This document shows, piece after piece, positions 1 to 10,993 of a stretch of DNA of 64,000 nucleotides (position 1 is the first letter of the stretch; each line of letters begins with the position of its first letter). The position numbers and the translations under genes are program-made. Under the pieces are notes generated by a model. The model did no database searches. It saw nothing but the letters and a program-made list of their open reading frames with translations, and was not told where the DNA came from. The DNA lies in the IMG/VR virus record IMGVR_UViG_3300007609_000013, positions 1 through 64,000 of that record; one strand, given 5' to 3'. The stretch comes from a virus.

Positions 1-1130
1 AACAAGTATCGTTGTCCTTGTGTCAAGCTTGGCAGACCTGTTCCAGGACCGCTTTTTTTAGGATCAACTATTCTGTCAACAGCCGGCAGGGTATTGCTTG
101 GTATTGTATCTGAGTCAACATTGAACAGCAAAACATAAGGATCAGTAGGATGATAGCTCACAGTGCCAACAACATAATTGCCATTTTCCTGCTCTAGTCT
201 AACTTGACTTATGCCATTTTCTAGTTTGCCATATTGATCAATTAATCCACCCCAGCGTAGATCTTTACCGCCTTTTTGCGGTTCACCAATTTCATCATTT
301 TTAGGACTGACTCTTTCGTACACACTCAACAATTTTAATTGATTGCCTACTAGCATAACACCATAATTCATAGGAGTAAAATATCTACGTGTTCCTAACA
401 GTAGCGCATTGTCACTGATGCTGTTGGAAATTTCTCCATCTTCTTCCCAAATGCTAGTGATGATTTTTTGTATAACACCTAACTTTTTAACTTTAGCAGG
501 TAAACTCATCCAAATTGGACTAGTAAAGTTAATAGTAGACAGATCGATTGTATCTTCGGTTCCGACTGGAACAGTTCTGCTGCTCCAGGTTACACTTTCT
601 AGATCAACTGTGGTCAAGCTAGTCCAATCTAGATAATTATCTGTGGTTTGTAGCTCTAAGCTAGGATTAAACAGTGCTAATATTTGTTCTAATAATTGTA
701 ATTTTTGATCAGTGTTGCTGGTCCATATGTCAACAGTTATGCCAATTTTGTACGGCACAGGCATATGTCTTTCTACAGTAACAGCATTTGCTTGTTTGTT
801 GGTGTAAGCCCCAATAGTATCGTCGTATGTGCGTTGTCTAACACTAAACTTGTCCACAAAATTGGGCTCTTGCATTCTGTCTCTGTCGTAGTTTAATTCG
901 CCAATGTACACGCTGATTTGTGGAGTAGGTATCATTTTGTTTTCTGAATTGTCTTGCAATATGGTTAACCCTTGTCTGCTGGCATCGCCATACTTTACAG
1001 GCACACGCACCAGTGTGGAATTTCCATTTCTATCATTCATTTCAACGTTAAAATTGCTAAACATTCTTATAAACTGCAATAGATATCTGCGTATTTGTTT
1101 GTCATAAAAATATGTATCTGAAATTGCCAT
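1..1130 (-). CDS. T4 gp15-like tail completion/sheath stabiliser (partial, runs off the window)
   Basis: ATG at 1130 overlaps the upstream stop. It reads MAISDTYFYDKQIRRYLLQFIRMFSNF...RVPVKYGD, resembling the gp15 N-terminus. Not in the ORF track. Confidence 0.65.
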   Translation of the reverse strand, partial: MAISDTYFYDKQIRRYLLQFIRMFSNFNVEMNDRNGNSTLVRVPVKYGDASRQGLTILQDNSENKMIPTPQISVYIGELNYDRDRMQEPNFVDKFSVRQRTYDDTIGAYTNKQANAVTVERHMPVPYKIGITVDIWTSNTDQKLQLLEQILALFNPSLELQTTDNYLDWTSLTTVDLESVTWSSRTVPVGTEDTIDLSTINFTSPIWMSLPAKVKKLGVIQKIITSIWEEDGEISNSISDNALLLGTRRYFTPMNYGVMLVGNQLKLLSVYERVSPKNDEIGEPQKGGKDLRWGGLIDQYGKLENGISQVRLEQENGNYVVGTVSYHPTDPYVLLFNVDSDTIPSNTLPAVDRIVDPKKSGPGTGLPSLTQGQRYL

Positions 1131-2308
1131 CAATCATCTGCCTCTGGTCTAAATAAATCACTGAGTCCTTGTTTACTGTCTATTTGTGTACCATCTTGCA
1201 ATTCCACAGTGTTGTCGTTGCTGATAAAACTTTCTTTTTGTGTTTGATTGTTTTCATCGCCTCGAGTGATGTTTGTTTGCACATTGTCTTCGATTCTCGA
1301 CCATCTACTGCCGTTGTATCTAAACAACCTGTTGGGCATATAATCCAATCTTAACACATAGTCTCCTTCCAGTGCATCCTGCGGAAAACTCACAGCCGCT
1401 GTAACCAGCAATCCATTTGGTGGTTTCCCGTCGCCTACTAGATGACCTTGGTAATCTGCTCTAGGTGTTTCGAGTGCTTCACTAGCATCTAATAAATTGG
1501 TACTGGCCTTGTTGTCAGTGTCGTCTGCTGTCTTTCCAAACGGATCAGCAGGGGATCCATCTTCGCGTGTGCCTACAATATAAAAAGGAGATGTGTCATA
1601 TCCACTGGTGGGTGTTTCGTGTTCTGCTTGTTGTATGATAGCATCGTTGATCTCTAGAGTTTGTTTGTAGGTACTGAGCAAATCCTTTAATCCACCGTTG
1701 TCATCCGAAGGATCGTTGCTATCCAAACTTTGATCAAAAATATCTTTGTACTCTTGTGCATCCACCAGTGGTGTACATTTTACACGCCACAGATGTGGAT
1801 ACCACGTAGGAGAAAAACCTTCTGCAGCTCTACTACCTTCCTGCACAACATAATATCTTTTGAGTGCGCCATCTAATGTTTCGTCTAAGCCAAAAAAGTC
1901 TTTCAAGTGTGGCAATTCTAACACATCGCCACTCATCAACTTTCTTCCTAAGCGTTCAACCATAGTGTTGAGATGAAAAGTAATAAACAGTGTATCCCCA
2001 CTGAGAAACAAACCAAATTGACTTAGATCAAAATCTATGTCTTGTACGTTGTAAATGCCTCGCATTACATAGAGATCACGTTCGTAAACTCGATCTCTGT
2101 TTTCCAAAAATAGCAAATCTTGAATATTTTTTTCGCTAAGAGTGTCATACACTGGTTGTGTAGCATCACCTGTTTGGTCGCTGGTGGATCCAAGATATTT
2201 GTGTACAACTATGTCAGTTCCGCCAACAGTGAACATTTCATATATTCTATTGTCGTGGAATTTGTAGTCGTTAGCTCGTTCTGGCTTGTAAAGTGATAAG
2301 CGAGGCAT
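1130..2308 (-). CDS. neck/head-closure protein, gp14-like
   Basis: 392-aa ORF with LFLENRDR and LSQFGLFL...GDVLELP motifs; neck-gene context; TATAAATA upstream on the - strand (~2340-2347). Confidence 0.65.
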   Translation of the reverse strand: MPRLSLYKPERANDYKFHDNRIYEMFTVGGTDIVVHKYLGSTSDQTGDATQPVYDTLSEKNIQDLLFLENRDRVYERDLYVMRGIYNVQDIDFDLSQFGLFLSGDTLFITFHLNTMVERLGRKLMSGDVLELPHLKDFFGLDETLDGALKRYYVVQEGSRAAEGFSPTWYPHLWRVKCTPLVDAQEYKDIFDQSLDSNDPSDDNGGLKDLLSTYKQTLEINDAIIQQAEHETPTSGYDTSPFYIVGTREDGSPADPFGKTADDTDNKASTNLLDASEALETPRADYQGHLVGDGKPPNGLLVTAAVSFPQDALEGDYVLRLDYMPNRLFRYNGSRWSRIEDNVQTNITRGDENNQTQKESFISNDNTVELQDGTQIDSKQGLSDLFRPEADD

Positions 2309-2310
2309 GA

Positions 2311-2339
2311 TTGATTCTTTGTTTATCCTGTGTTATAAT
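2311..2339 (+). promoter_or_regulatory. sigma70-like promoter TTGATT-N17-TATAAT
   Basis: ttgatt 2311-2316 and TGT-tataat 2334-2339, upstream of the 2408 ORF. Confidence 0.55.
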
Positions 2340-2407
2340 GTATTTATAGCAAAAAAAAATGTAAAATATACTACCTGGGATAAAATAGCTGTAAGAGGAA
2401 AAGGAAT

Positions 2408-3562
2408 ATGGGAATGGCAAAAACCAAAGGCACAAACAATATCGACAATCCGTTTGACGGAAAAATTGATTGGAAAAATTCTCACAATTTAGACTATGCA
2501 GAATACAGTCGCAGGCTTTCGCAGTGGCTTAACTATCACGCATACAAGTACAACAGCAAAGATCTCAAAAAAGATATTGTTAAATGGATGAATCAAAATG
2601 GATATTCGTCAGAACAAACAAACGTCTTTTCTGCCAACGGTGACAGCTACCTAAGTGTAACAATGGGCAGTATTGCAAAAATGCTCACAGCTGGTGGTCC
2701 GGACAGCCATCCAGATTTTGTAAACGACCGCAGTCACAGTGAGTGGTTGCACAAACAGATCGAGCCTTGCTTGGCTAATACCAACATACAACAAGAACAG
2801 CCCAAGAATACAAATGTCGTAGATATTCAAACTAGAATGCGACAGCAGTGTTACACATATGTCGAACCCATTGAACAAATGCTCGATCAACTAGCAAATA
2901 ATCCCAGCAAGTTTGACATTGATGCTTTTACACCAGTAACTGTACTACAGGATGCAAACATAAGTCAGGCACACGCAAGAATTATAAAAAGTTTTTACGA
3001 GCCAGAAGCACAGGACTTCTTAGAGCTAGCACAAGGCTCTACAGACAACGAATTAAAGGAAGCATACAGTCACTTAAAGAAAACTGATATACGTCGCTTT
3101 GCAGACGTTTACACCAAGCTGTTGGAAGCGTGCGACACACTAATAGCAACTGCCAAAGCCAAAAGTGCTCCTAGAAAACGCAAACCTACTCCCCCGAGTA
3201 AGATTGTTGCTAAACTAAAATACAAAAAAGAAGATCAAGATCTTAAAATCAAAAGTGTCAATCCCACAGAAGTTGTTGGTGCTAAAGAAGTGTGGGTATA
3301 CAACACAAAAACTCGCAAACTAGGGCGTTATGTTGCTGACGAGTTTGTAGGCGAGCTCAGTGTAAAAGGCACAACCATTGTAGGATTTACTCCTACCAGT
3401 AGCGTGCAAAAAACATTGAGAAAACCTGCAGATCAACTCAAAGAGTTTATGCGGGCTAGCAAACCTAACACTCGTAAATTTTTAGACACCGTTAAAACTG
3501 TAGACATCAAACTAACCGGTCGAATCAATCCAGAAACCTTGTTGTTGAAAGTAATCAAATAA
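2408..3562 (+). CDS. phage hypothetical protein
   Basis: 384-aa ORF with AAGGA SD; basic C-terminal domain (WVYNTKTRKLG...QKTLRKP). Confidence 0.75.
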   Translation: MGMAKTKGTNNIDNPFDGKIDWKNSHNLDYAEYSRRLSQWLNYHAYKYNSKDLKKDIVKWMNQNGYSSEQTNVFSANGDSYLSVTMGSIAKMLTAGGPDSHPDFVNDRSHSEWLHKQIEPCLANTNIQQEQPKNTNVVDIQTRMRQQCYTYVEPIEQMLDQLANNPSKFDIDAFTPVTVLQDANISQAHARIIKSFYEPEAQDFLELAQGSTDNELKEAYSHLKKTDIRRFADVYTKLLEACDTLIATAKAKSAPRKRKPTPPSKIVAKLKYKKEDQDLKIKSVNPTEVVGAKEVWVYNTKTRKLGRYVADEFVGELSVKGTTIVGFTPTSSVQKTLRKPADQLKEFMRASKPNTRKFLDTVKTVDIKLTGRINPETLLLKVIK

Positions 3563-3589
3563 AATAAATACTAAAACAAGGTAAAAATT

Positions 3590-4348
3590 ATGTCCACAGA
3601 TTTAACCACTCTAAAGCAACAAGTGTTTGACTACGTTTATCTTCGCTTGGGTGGCGATATGGTTGACGTTGAACTTGATCCTAGTCATTATGACATCGCA
3701 CTTCAAAGAGCATTTGATGTTTATAGACAGCGTGCTAGCAACAGCGTAGAAGAAAGTTATGCTTTCTTAGAAATAGTCAAAGACCAAAACGAGTACACCT
3801 TGGACTCAAATATTGTGGATGTAAAAAGTGTACTTAGAAGAACCATTGGCAGCACACAAGGAAATTCAGCCAACCAATTTGAACCGTTTGAAGCTGGATA
3901 TCTCAATCACTATATGCTGAAAAGCGGAAGAGTTGGAGGTCTTGCAACCTATGATTTGTATGCAGGATACCAAGAACTGAGTGCACGGTTGTTTGGTGGT
4001 TTTATGCAGTTTCACTGGAACAAAGTAAACAAAAAGTTAACTTTGATAAGACACACTGAAGCCAGTGGCGAAGTGATGATGCTACACGTTTACAACTATA
4101 AACCTGATCAGATTATTTTACAGGATCCGCAAACAAAACCTTGGATGTATGATTATACACTTGCACAATGCAAATATATGCTAGGCGAAGCACGAAGCAA
4201 GTTTGCCACTATTGCAGGACCACAAGGTGGAACCACACTAAACGGTGATACATTAAAAGCAGAAGCACAAGCCGAAATGGACAAGTTAGAGCAGGATATA
4301 CTCAATTATGTTGATGGTAGTAATCCTATGAGCTTTATTATTGGTTAA
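3590..4348 (+). CDS. neck protein / head-tail adaptor, gp13-like
   Basis: YLRLGG.VDVEL N-terminus and GEARSKF..GPQGG.TLNG C-terminus; TAAATA upstream. Confidence 0.8.
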   Translation: MSTDLTTLKQQVFDYVYLRLGGDMVDVELDPSHYDIALQRAFDVYRQRASNSVEESYAFLEIVKDQNEYTLDSNIVDVKSVLRRTIGSTQGNSANQFEPFEAGYLNHYMLKSGRVGGLATYDLYAGYQELSARLFGGFMQFHWNKVNKKLTLIRHTEASGEVMMLHVYNYKPDQIILQDPQTKPWMYDYTLAQCKYMLGEARSKFATIAGPQGGTTLNGDTLKAEAQAEMDKLEQDILNYVDGSNPMSFIIG

Positions 4349-4617
4349 CCACGTTGTTCGCGATCGTGCACATACAACTCAATAAGTGCATAATGTAAAA
4401 CTTTCAATAAATCTTTGCGATTATATCCGTCTTTTTTGCCATATCGTTGTGCATATTTCATAACATTGCCAATACAAAACCCGTCGCCGTGGCCTGCGTC
4501 GATGATAAATTCTGTTGCTTGAAACTTATTTAAACTGTAATGTTCGCCGTAGGTGGCATCAACATACTCCTGAAATTCTTTGATCAGCTCGTCTTCGTTG
4601 TACTTGTAATCTGGCAT
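4345..4617 (-). CDS. DUF3310/SaV-like small protein
   Basis: HY...GDGFCIGNVMKYAQRYGKK...DLLKVLHYA; AAGGAG SD and its own promoter. Confidence 0.7.
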   Translation of the reverse strand: MPDYKYNEDELIKEFQEYVDATYGEHYSLNKFQATEFIIDAGHGDGFCIGNVMKYAQRYGKKDGYNRKDLLKVLHYALIELYVHDREQRG

Positions 4618-4642
4618 AGATTGTACTCCTTGTTAAACAACG

Positions 4643-4671
4643 ATTTTAACATATGTAATGAAAACTGTCAA
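4643..4671 (-). promoter_or_regulatory. sigma70-like promoter TTGACA-N17-TAAAAT
   Basis: Reverse complement of atttta(4643)...tgtcaa(4671); extended TG present. Confidence 0.6.
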
Positions 4672-4677
4672 TATCAA

Positions 4678-5028
4678 TCAGTCGGCGACCAGGTCAGATT
4701 TGCTCCAGCCTACTCCGCTGATTTTAAGTTCTATAAAACAGTTTTGGCAAACTGTTTTCAAGTTTCTCCAGTCTGTGTTGTTGAGATTGCCATCCACAAA
4801 ATGCACCGTAAGCTGTTGGGAAAACGTTGCTATAAATCCACATTTTTCACAATGGTTCAACTGTTGATACCCAGCTGATTGCCATCTAGGAATTTCTATG
4901 GGTTTTTTTCTGTTGGCTTTTCTTGCACAACTGTCACAGGTTTTTCTATAATATACCTTTTCGCCTTTGCGGTAATTCACTGCACAGGGTTTTTTGCTAC
5001 ATTTTGGACAAATTGGTCTATCTTGCAT
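4678..5028 (-). CDS. zinc-finger / degenerate HNH-like protein
   Basis: Four CxxC pairs and H.VDGN..N...NL..VCQNC; start moved to MQDRP. Confidence 0.6.
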   Translation of the reverse strand: MQDRPICPKCSKKPCAVNYRKGEKVYYRKTCDSCARKANRKKPIEIPRWQSAGYQQLNHCEKCGFIATFSQQLTVHFVDGNLNNTDWRNLKTVCQNCFIELKISGVGWSKSDLVAD

Positions 5029-5137
5029 AATAATTGAACCTTTATAGGTACCTTTATTTATGAGCCAAAACACCACCATTTTAGGTTTATCAACTAAATA
5101 TTACTAACAAAACTTTTTATTAAGAGGATTCTGACAA

Positions 5138-8100
5138 ATGGCATTAGTATCACCAGGTGTAGAAATTACAGTAGTAGATGAAAGCAATTATGTACCAGCC
5201 GCGGCTGGTAGTGTACCGATGCTTCTTGTTGCTACAGCTGCTAACAAATCAAGCGGCACAGGTTCAGGACTAGCACAAGGTACCCTAGCATCAGCAGTGG
5301 GCAACACATATCTTGTGAGTAGTCAAAGAGAGTTGGCTGAGGTTTTTGGAAACCCACTGTTCTACAGTGACACCACTGGCAACAGCTTACCAGGTTATGA
5401 GCTCAACGAGTACGGACTACAAGCTGCATATAGTGTGCTTGGCGTTCTAAACCGTGCGTATGTAGTGAGAGCAGACATTGATCTAAGTCAGTTGGTAGGC
5501 ACAGGAGTTCGACCAACAGGAAACGTAGACAATGGCACAGCGTGGCTTGATACAGCCAACACTGACTGGGGTATCTTTGAATGGAACAAAACCACAGGTT
5601 TGTTTAGTTTGGTTAGTCCTACAGTGATCATCAGCACTGATGATTTAGACAGCGGATTGCCTAAAGCCAGCATTGGCACAGTAGGCAGTTATGCAGTGGT
5701 TGCAACCAACACAGCCAATCCAGTTTATTATAAAAACAGCAACAACAACTGGGTACTAGTAGGCAGCGAAGATTGGAAAACCAGTTGGCCAGTTGTAGCA
5801 GGTTCAGAATCCAACCCATCTATAACAGCAGGTGATACATTAATCATCAACGGTACAACCATAACAGCTAGTGGAACAACTGTAGCGTCACTGGCTAGTG
5901 ATGTCAACACAGCCGCAATCACAGGAATCACAGCAGGTGTTACTGATAATAAACTGCAACTGTTTGCAGACAGTACTGCATCAACAGATGGCAGCACCAC
6001 TGATGGTGGATTGAGCATACAAAATGGTTTGGTTGGCACGATATTGGCAGACTTAGGAATCACAACTGGAACATATTACACACCATCTGTACAGCAGAGC
6101 AAACACACCAGTGTACCTGAGTGGAAAAACACAGACAACACGCCTCGTCCAACTGGCAGTGTGTGGGTTAAAACTACAACACCAAACACAGGTGCTGACT
6201 TTACACTTAGAGTGTATGACGAAAATGCAGACAGCTTTGTGCTAACAGCAGCTCCATTGTACGAAAACGATCGAACAGCAAACAAGAACTTAGATGCAAC
6301 CGGCGGTGGTAGAAACATTGCAGCAGGCAGCTACTATGTACAATTTGACACCAGTGAGAACGACACAGTAACATACAAGTTGTTTGTAAGAACAGCAAGC
6401 GGCGCAACAACTGTTTCAGGAACCAACACTTCACCTAGTTTTACAGCAGGTGAAACATTCACTATTCAAGCAAGTCAGATCAACAGCACTGAACTAACCA
6501 CTGCAACCACAGTTACACTCAGCGGAACAACAGCCAACGACGTAGTAGCAGATATACTAAGTGCAAATGTTGCTAATGTTACTGCTAGAATCACAGCTGC
6601 TGGCGCAGTTGAAATTGAACACACAGCTGGCGGTGTATTGGTATTAAAAGAAACCAACGGAAATCCACTGTCAGACGCAGGCATTGCTGATACTTTGACC
6701 AATGTACGAGCAGGCAACGACAGTGACTTGATCTGCAGCAACTGGATTCCTGCAACATACACAGCAGGCACAACTCGCCCAGGCACAGATCCAGCCGATG
6801 GTACATATTGGTACTACAGCGTTGCTGATGAATTTGATATTATGATACACGACGGGTCAAACTGGAAAGGCTATAGAACAGTCAGCAGTGATGCAAGAGG
6901 GTACGACCTCACAGCAACCAACAGTGCAGGACCAATAGTGAGTGCTAGTGAGCCAGAACAACAAGATGACGAAACTCCACTGGTTGTAGGAGATCTTTGG
7001 ATCAATACCAGTGATTTGGAAAATTTCCCAAGAATATATCGTTACGAAACCACAGCAGACGGCAACGAATGGGTACAGATTGATGTCAGTGACAGCGATA
7101 CTGAAAATGGTATTTTGTTCAGTGATGCACGTTGGGGAACCAGCGGGGATGTTGATCCTATAACCGACGAAGTGCCAAGCATCAGTGATCTAAGCGAAAG
7201 CAACTATTTAGATCTAGATGCTCCGGATGCAGACTTGTATCCAAGAGGTACTCTACTGTGGAACACAAGAAGAAGCGGTTTTGGTGTTAAAGTTTTCCGT
7301 AGAAGATACTTTAACGCAGATGATTTTGCAGGCACATTACCAAGTCAAACTAGCACTTGGGTATCACAACTTACAACACAAGCCAATGGTGCTCCTGCAC
7401 TAGGCCGCAAGAGTGTGAGACAGATTGTGGTTGCGGCTATGAAGAGTGCAATTGATACAAACAGCGATATTCGTGAAGAACAAAGAGAATTTAATCTAAT
7501 TGCCGCACCTGGATATCCGGAGTTGATGAGCAATATGGTTGCACTAAACAACGAACGCAGAAACACTGCATTTGTAGTAGGTGATTCGCCAATGAGATTG
7601 GCACCAGATGATATAGAAAACTGGGCATTAAACAGCAACAATGCTATTGTAGACAGCGAAGACGGCTTAGTAAGTGCTGATAACTACTTGGGTGTATTCT
7701 ACCCAAGTGGTACAACCAACAGCCTCACAGGACAAACCATCCAAGTACCGCCAAGTCATATGATGTTGCGTACGATTGCACGAAGTGATAATGCAAGCTT
7801 TCCTTGGTTAGCGCCAGCTGGCAACAGACGAGGTACTATTGACAATGCCAACAGCATTGGTTATATTGACAGCGACACAGGAAGATTTGTTAGTATCGGA
7901 GTCACCGAAGGTATCAGGGATACATTGTACCAAAATGCCATCAATCCAATTACATTCTTCCCAGGTGTTGGCTTGTTGAACTATGGTAACAAAACTCGCG
8001 TCACTACACCAAGTGCACTAGACCGAATCAATGTCGCAAGATTGATCAACTACATTAGATCGCAACTGGACAAAATTGCCAAAGCATTTATCTTCGAACC

Positions 8101-8362
8101 AAATGATAAACTCACACGTGATGAACTCAAAGGTGCGGTAGAAGGTTTCTTCAACGACCTAGTAGCTAAACGTGGTGTGTATGACTATTTGGTAGTGTGT
8201 GATGAGAGCAACAACACTCCAACACGCATCGACAGAAATGAATTGTATATGGATATTGCTATTGAGCCTGTGAAGAGTGTGGAGTTTGTGTACATTCCGA
8301 TTAGAATCAAGAACACTGGTGAATTAGAAGCAGGCAATACAGCAAGTTCTAGCGATGTGTAA
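5138..8362 (+). CDS. contractile tail sheath protein (gp18-like)
   Basis: MALVSPGVEITVVDES N-terminus; PWLAPAG.RRG, LDRINVARL, FEPND and VCDESNNTP motifs; large central insertion. Confidence 0.95.
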   Translation: MALVSPGVEITVVDESNYVPAAAGSVPMLLVATAANKSSGTGSGLAQGTLASAVGNTYLVSSQRELAEVFGNPLFYSDTTGNSLPGYELNEYGLQAAYSVLGVLNRAYVVRADIDLSQLVGTGVRPTGNVDNGTAWLDTANTDWGIFEWNKTTGLFSLVSPTVIISTDDLDSGLPKASIGTVGSYAVVATNTANPVYYKNSNNNWVLVGSEDWKTSWPVVAGSESNPSITAGDTLIINGTTITASGTTVASLASDVNTAAITGITAGVTDNKLQLFADSTASTDGSTTDGGLSIQNGLVGTILADLGITTGTYYTPSVQQSKHTSVPEWKNTDNTPRPTGSVWVKTTTPNTGADFTLRVYDENADSFVLTAAPLYENDRTANKNLDATGGGRNIAAGSYYVQFDTSENDTVTYKLFVRTASGATTVSGTNTSPSFTAGETFTIQASQINSTELTTATTVTLSGTTANDVVADILSANVANVTARITAAGAVEIEHTAGGVLVLKETNGNPLSDAGIADTLTNVRAGNDSDLICSNWIPATYTAGTTRPGTDPADGTYWYYSVADEFDIMIHDGSNWKGYRTVSSDARGYDLTATNSAGPIVSASEPEQQDDETPLVVGDLWINTSDLENFPRIYRYETTADGNEWVQIDVSDSDTENGILFSDARWGTSGDVDPITDEVPSISDLSESNYLDLDAPDADLYPRGTLLWNTRRSGFGVKVFRRRYFNADDFAGTLPSQTSTWVSQLTTQANGAPALGRKSVRQIVVAAMKSAIDTNSDIREEQREFNLIAAPGYPELMSNMVALNNERRNTAFVVGDSPMRLAPDDIENWALNSNNAIVDSEDGLVSADNYLGVFYPSGTTNSLTGQTIQVPPSHMMLRTIARSDNASFPWLAPAGNRRGTIDNANSIGYIDSDTGRFVSIGVTEGIRDTLYQNAINPITFFPGVGLLNYGNKTRVTTPSALDRINVARLINYIRSQLDKIAKAFIFEPNDKLTRDELKGAVEGFFNDLVAKRGVYDYLVVCDESNNTPTRIDRNELYMDIAIEPVKSVEFVYIPIRIKNTGELEAGNTASSSDV

Positions 8363-8370
8363 GAACACAC

Positions 8371-8394
8371 AAAGAGGGGATCGATCCCCTCTTT
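8371..8394 (+). terminator. hairpin / putative intrinsic terminator after the sheath gene
   Basis: aaagagggga-tcga-tcccctcttt. Confidence 0.6.
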
Positions 8395-8430
8395 GAATAA
8401 GATAAATAAATTTATATTAGGAGCAAATAA

Positions 8431-9063
8431 ATGGCAGTTTCATCATTAAACAAATTTACAGTTCCACTAGCTAGTGACCAATCTGCATCTGGCCAGGGAC
8501 TGTTGATGCCAAAACTCAAATATCGCTTTAGGGTGTTATTTGAAAACTTTGGTGTAAGCACACCAAGAAGCGAAATGACCAAACAAGTGATTGATATCGC
8601 TCGTCCTAACGTGACATTTGAAGAAATGCCAGTTGACGTGTACAACTCTAAAGTTTACCTATTAGGCAAGCACACCTGGGATCCAATCACAGTAAACCTA
8701 CGTGATGATATGAATGGATCTGTAAGCCAATTGGTAGGCGAACAATTGCAGAAGCAATTTGACTTTATGGAACAAAGCAGTGCAAGTTCAGGTATTGACT
8801 ACAAGTTTATCACCAAATTCGAAGTACTAGACGGTGGCAACGGAGCAAACGAACCTACAGTACTAGAAACTTGGGAAATGTATGGTTGTTTTCTCACAGG
8901 AGCAAACTACAACGATCTCAATTATGCCAGCAACGAGCCAGCAACTATATCGTTGAACATAAGATTTGATAATGCTGTACAAACACCTGAAAACAGTGGT
9001 GTAGGCAGCACTATTGCAAGAACACTTGGTACTAATACAACCGGCGTAAGCACAGGCTCATAA
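8431..9063 (+). CDS. tail tube protein (gp19-like)
   Basis: Follows the sheath gene; KYRFRV, GKHTW.PIT and W...GCF motifs; AGGAG SD. Confidence 0.85.
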   Translation: MAVSSLNKFTVPLASDQSASGQGLLMPKLKYRFRVLFENFGVSTPRSEMTKQVIDIARPNVTFEEMPVDVYNSKVYLLGKHTWDPITVNLRDDMNGSVSQLVGEQLQKQFDFMEQSSASSGIDYKFITKFEVLDGGNGANEPTVLETWEMYGCFLTGANYNDLNYASNEPATISLNIRFDNAVQTPENSGVGSTIARTLGTNTTGVSTGS

Positions 9064-9073
9064 GGAGTAGCCA

Positions 9074-10168
9074 GTGGCTAGTTTTTTAAACAATTTTTTA
9101 AAAGCGCTGGCCGCTGGCGACAATGTTCGTGACTACGAACACGCCAGTAGGGTTTTCCGAGACAACGGATATGACCTTGCTCCTAAATCACAACACCTTT
9201 ATTATGTACTGTTTGAATTCAACGAAGGTGTAAGACAGTTTACAGACTTTATGGCAGACCAAACTAGAACCTATGAAATTGGGGTACTAGTTAATCAGAT
9301 ACAATTGCCCGGGTTTTCGGTAAATCTTGCAGAAAAAAATCAATACGGCAAGCACACTTATACCCAAACACGAATCAATTATAATCCAGTAGAAATAACA
9401 TTTCACGATGATATGGCCAACACTATAACTGAGTTTTGGTCAAACTACTACAAATACTATTATGCAGATGGAACCGATCGCCAGTCAACTGCAAATGAAA
9501 ATCCCTACAAATATTCACCAGACTTCAACACTAATGCCTATGGCTATAAAGGATACACACCCACTGGAGAGAGCTCGCAGAACTTTCTCAAAAGTGTAAA
9601 AATCTACAGTTTGCACAAAAAAGAATTCACAGAATACACTCTTGTAAAACCTATGATTGAAAATATGACACACGGTACACACGCCAGTGCTGGCAATACA
9701 CTGATGGAGCACACTATGAGTTTGCGTTACCAAAGCGTACTGTATGGCAAAGGACAAGTAGCACAAGGCACACCTGCAGGATTTACCTTGCGGTATGACA
9801 ACAAACCAAGTGCAATCAGCACTGGTACAACCAGCATACTAGGTCAAGGCGGTCTTGTAGGAACAGCAAGTGGCATAATTGGCGATCTAGGCAACGGAAA
9901 TATATTGGCTGCAGGTGTAAAAGCACTGCAAGGACAGAACGCATTCGAAGGTGTAGACATTGGTAGAGTGATTGCAGAGGAGGGTGTGGGTTTATTGTCA
10001 GACACCATTAGAAATGCAGATCTCGGCACTAGTACCAACAACAAAGAAATTTCAGTGCCGAGACTGTTGTCCGGCATTACAGGGTCTAGCACCAACACCA
10101 CTGTTTCAAACGATGCATCAGCAACTGCTACTAACAACACAGTAAACATCAACGGACAAGATTTGTAA
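9074..10168 (+). CDS. baseplate tail-tube initiator/cap (gp54/gp48-like)
   Basis: Tube-fold motif LP...NQY...YNPVEITFHDD; located after the tube gene. Confidence 0.6.
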   Translation: MASFLNNFLKALAAGDNVRDYEHASRVFRDNGYDLAPKSQHLYYVLFEFNEGVRQFTDFMADQTRTYEIGVLVNQIQLPGFSVNLAEKNQYGKHTYTQTRINYNPVEITFHDDMANTITEFWSNYYKYYYADGTDRQSTANENPYKYSPDFNTNAYGYKGYTPTGESSQNFLKSVKIYSLHKKEFTEYTLVKPMIENMTHGTHASAGNTLMEHTMSLRYQSVLYGKGQVAQGTPAGFTLRYDNKPSAISTGTTSILGQGGLVGTASGIIGDLGNGNILAAGVKALQGQNAFEGVDIGRVIAEEGVGLLSDTIRNADLGTSTNNKEISVPRLLSGITGSSTNTTVSNDASATATNNTVNINGQDL

Positions 10169-10545
10169 TGAGCACACAAAATACAAACCTGCCTGTAAAT
10201 CAAAACCTTTCCAGTGCCGAACAACGTACACTTGTTTTTTTCAACGGATACTTTGATGAAGAAATTACAGTAGACAGTAGTGTACACGACACTGTGTACA
10301 GTTTTTTCTTGAGACAGACAAGTGATCCACAGAGTGCAAACGCTTTTACGCACAGCTTGATCACAATAAGCAATCAACTAAATGTAAACCCTACAGACTT
10401 ACTAGATCAATTCAACGGAGCAGGGATTACCGTAGATAGATTTATGGCAGCTTTAATCAATGACACTAGAAGAAACACCAGCTTGATCGGACTCAAGCAA
10501 TCCACTGTTGCTAGTCCTGTTGTAGCGAGAAATATCTTACCATAA
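10168..10545 (+). CDS. hypothetical (probable baseplate) protein
   Basis: Translationally coupled 125-aa ORF. Confidence 0.6.
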   Translation: MSTQNTNLPVNQNLSSAEQRTLVFFNGYFDEEITVDSSVHDTVYSFFLRQTSDPQSANAFTHSLITISNQLNVNPTDLLDQFNGAGITVDRFMAALINDTRRNTSLIGLKQSTVASPVVARNILP

Positions 10546-10552
10546 GTATGTT

Positions 10553-10993
10553 ATGGCTAGAAAATTTGCACAGGGTAAGTTTTATCCTAAAAACCCAAAC
10601 AAATATGTAGGCAAAAAAAATCCAACCTATCGCAGCAGTTGGGAGTGGGCTTTTATGAACTTTTGCGACAACAATCCAGCAGTGCTTCAATGGGCAAGTG
10701 AATCTGTAAGCATACCCTATAAAAATCCATTTGATGGAAGAAACACTATCTATGTTCCAGATTTTTTTATAGTATACACTGATCGCAACGGTGCTAAAAA
10801 CGCAGAGCTTATAGAAATCAAACCAAAAAAACAAACCACACTGGAAGCAGCAGGACGCAGCAAAAAAGATCAAGCCAGTGCAATTCTCAACGCAGCAAAA
10901 TGGCAGGCTGCCAATGCGTATGCTCGACAAAATAGAATTAAATTTAGAGTGGTAACAGAAGAAGAACTATTTCATCAAGGCGGAAAAAAATGA
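10553..10993 (+). CDS. head completion nuclease (T4 gp4-like, TnsA-like PD-(D/E)XK)
   Basis: F.PKNP.KY.G...YRSSWE...W.SE...IPY...YVPDF...EIKP...KW.AA. Confidence 0.9.
   Translation: MARKFAQGKFYPKNPNKYVGKKNPTYRSSWEWAFMNFCDNNPAVLQWASESVSIPYKNPFDGRNTIYVPDFFIVYTDRNGAKNAELIEIKPKKQTTLEAAGRSKKDQASAILNAAKWQAANAYARQNRIKFRVVTEEELFHQGGKK

Noticed and set aside
5488-8370. Antisense ORFs within the sheath gene (and similar ones in terL, colD, gmd and the helicases)
   Set aside because: They are explained by codon bias of the sense gene and have no motifs or RBS.
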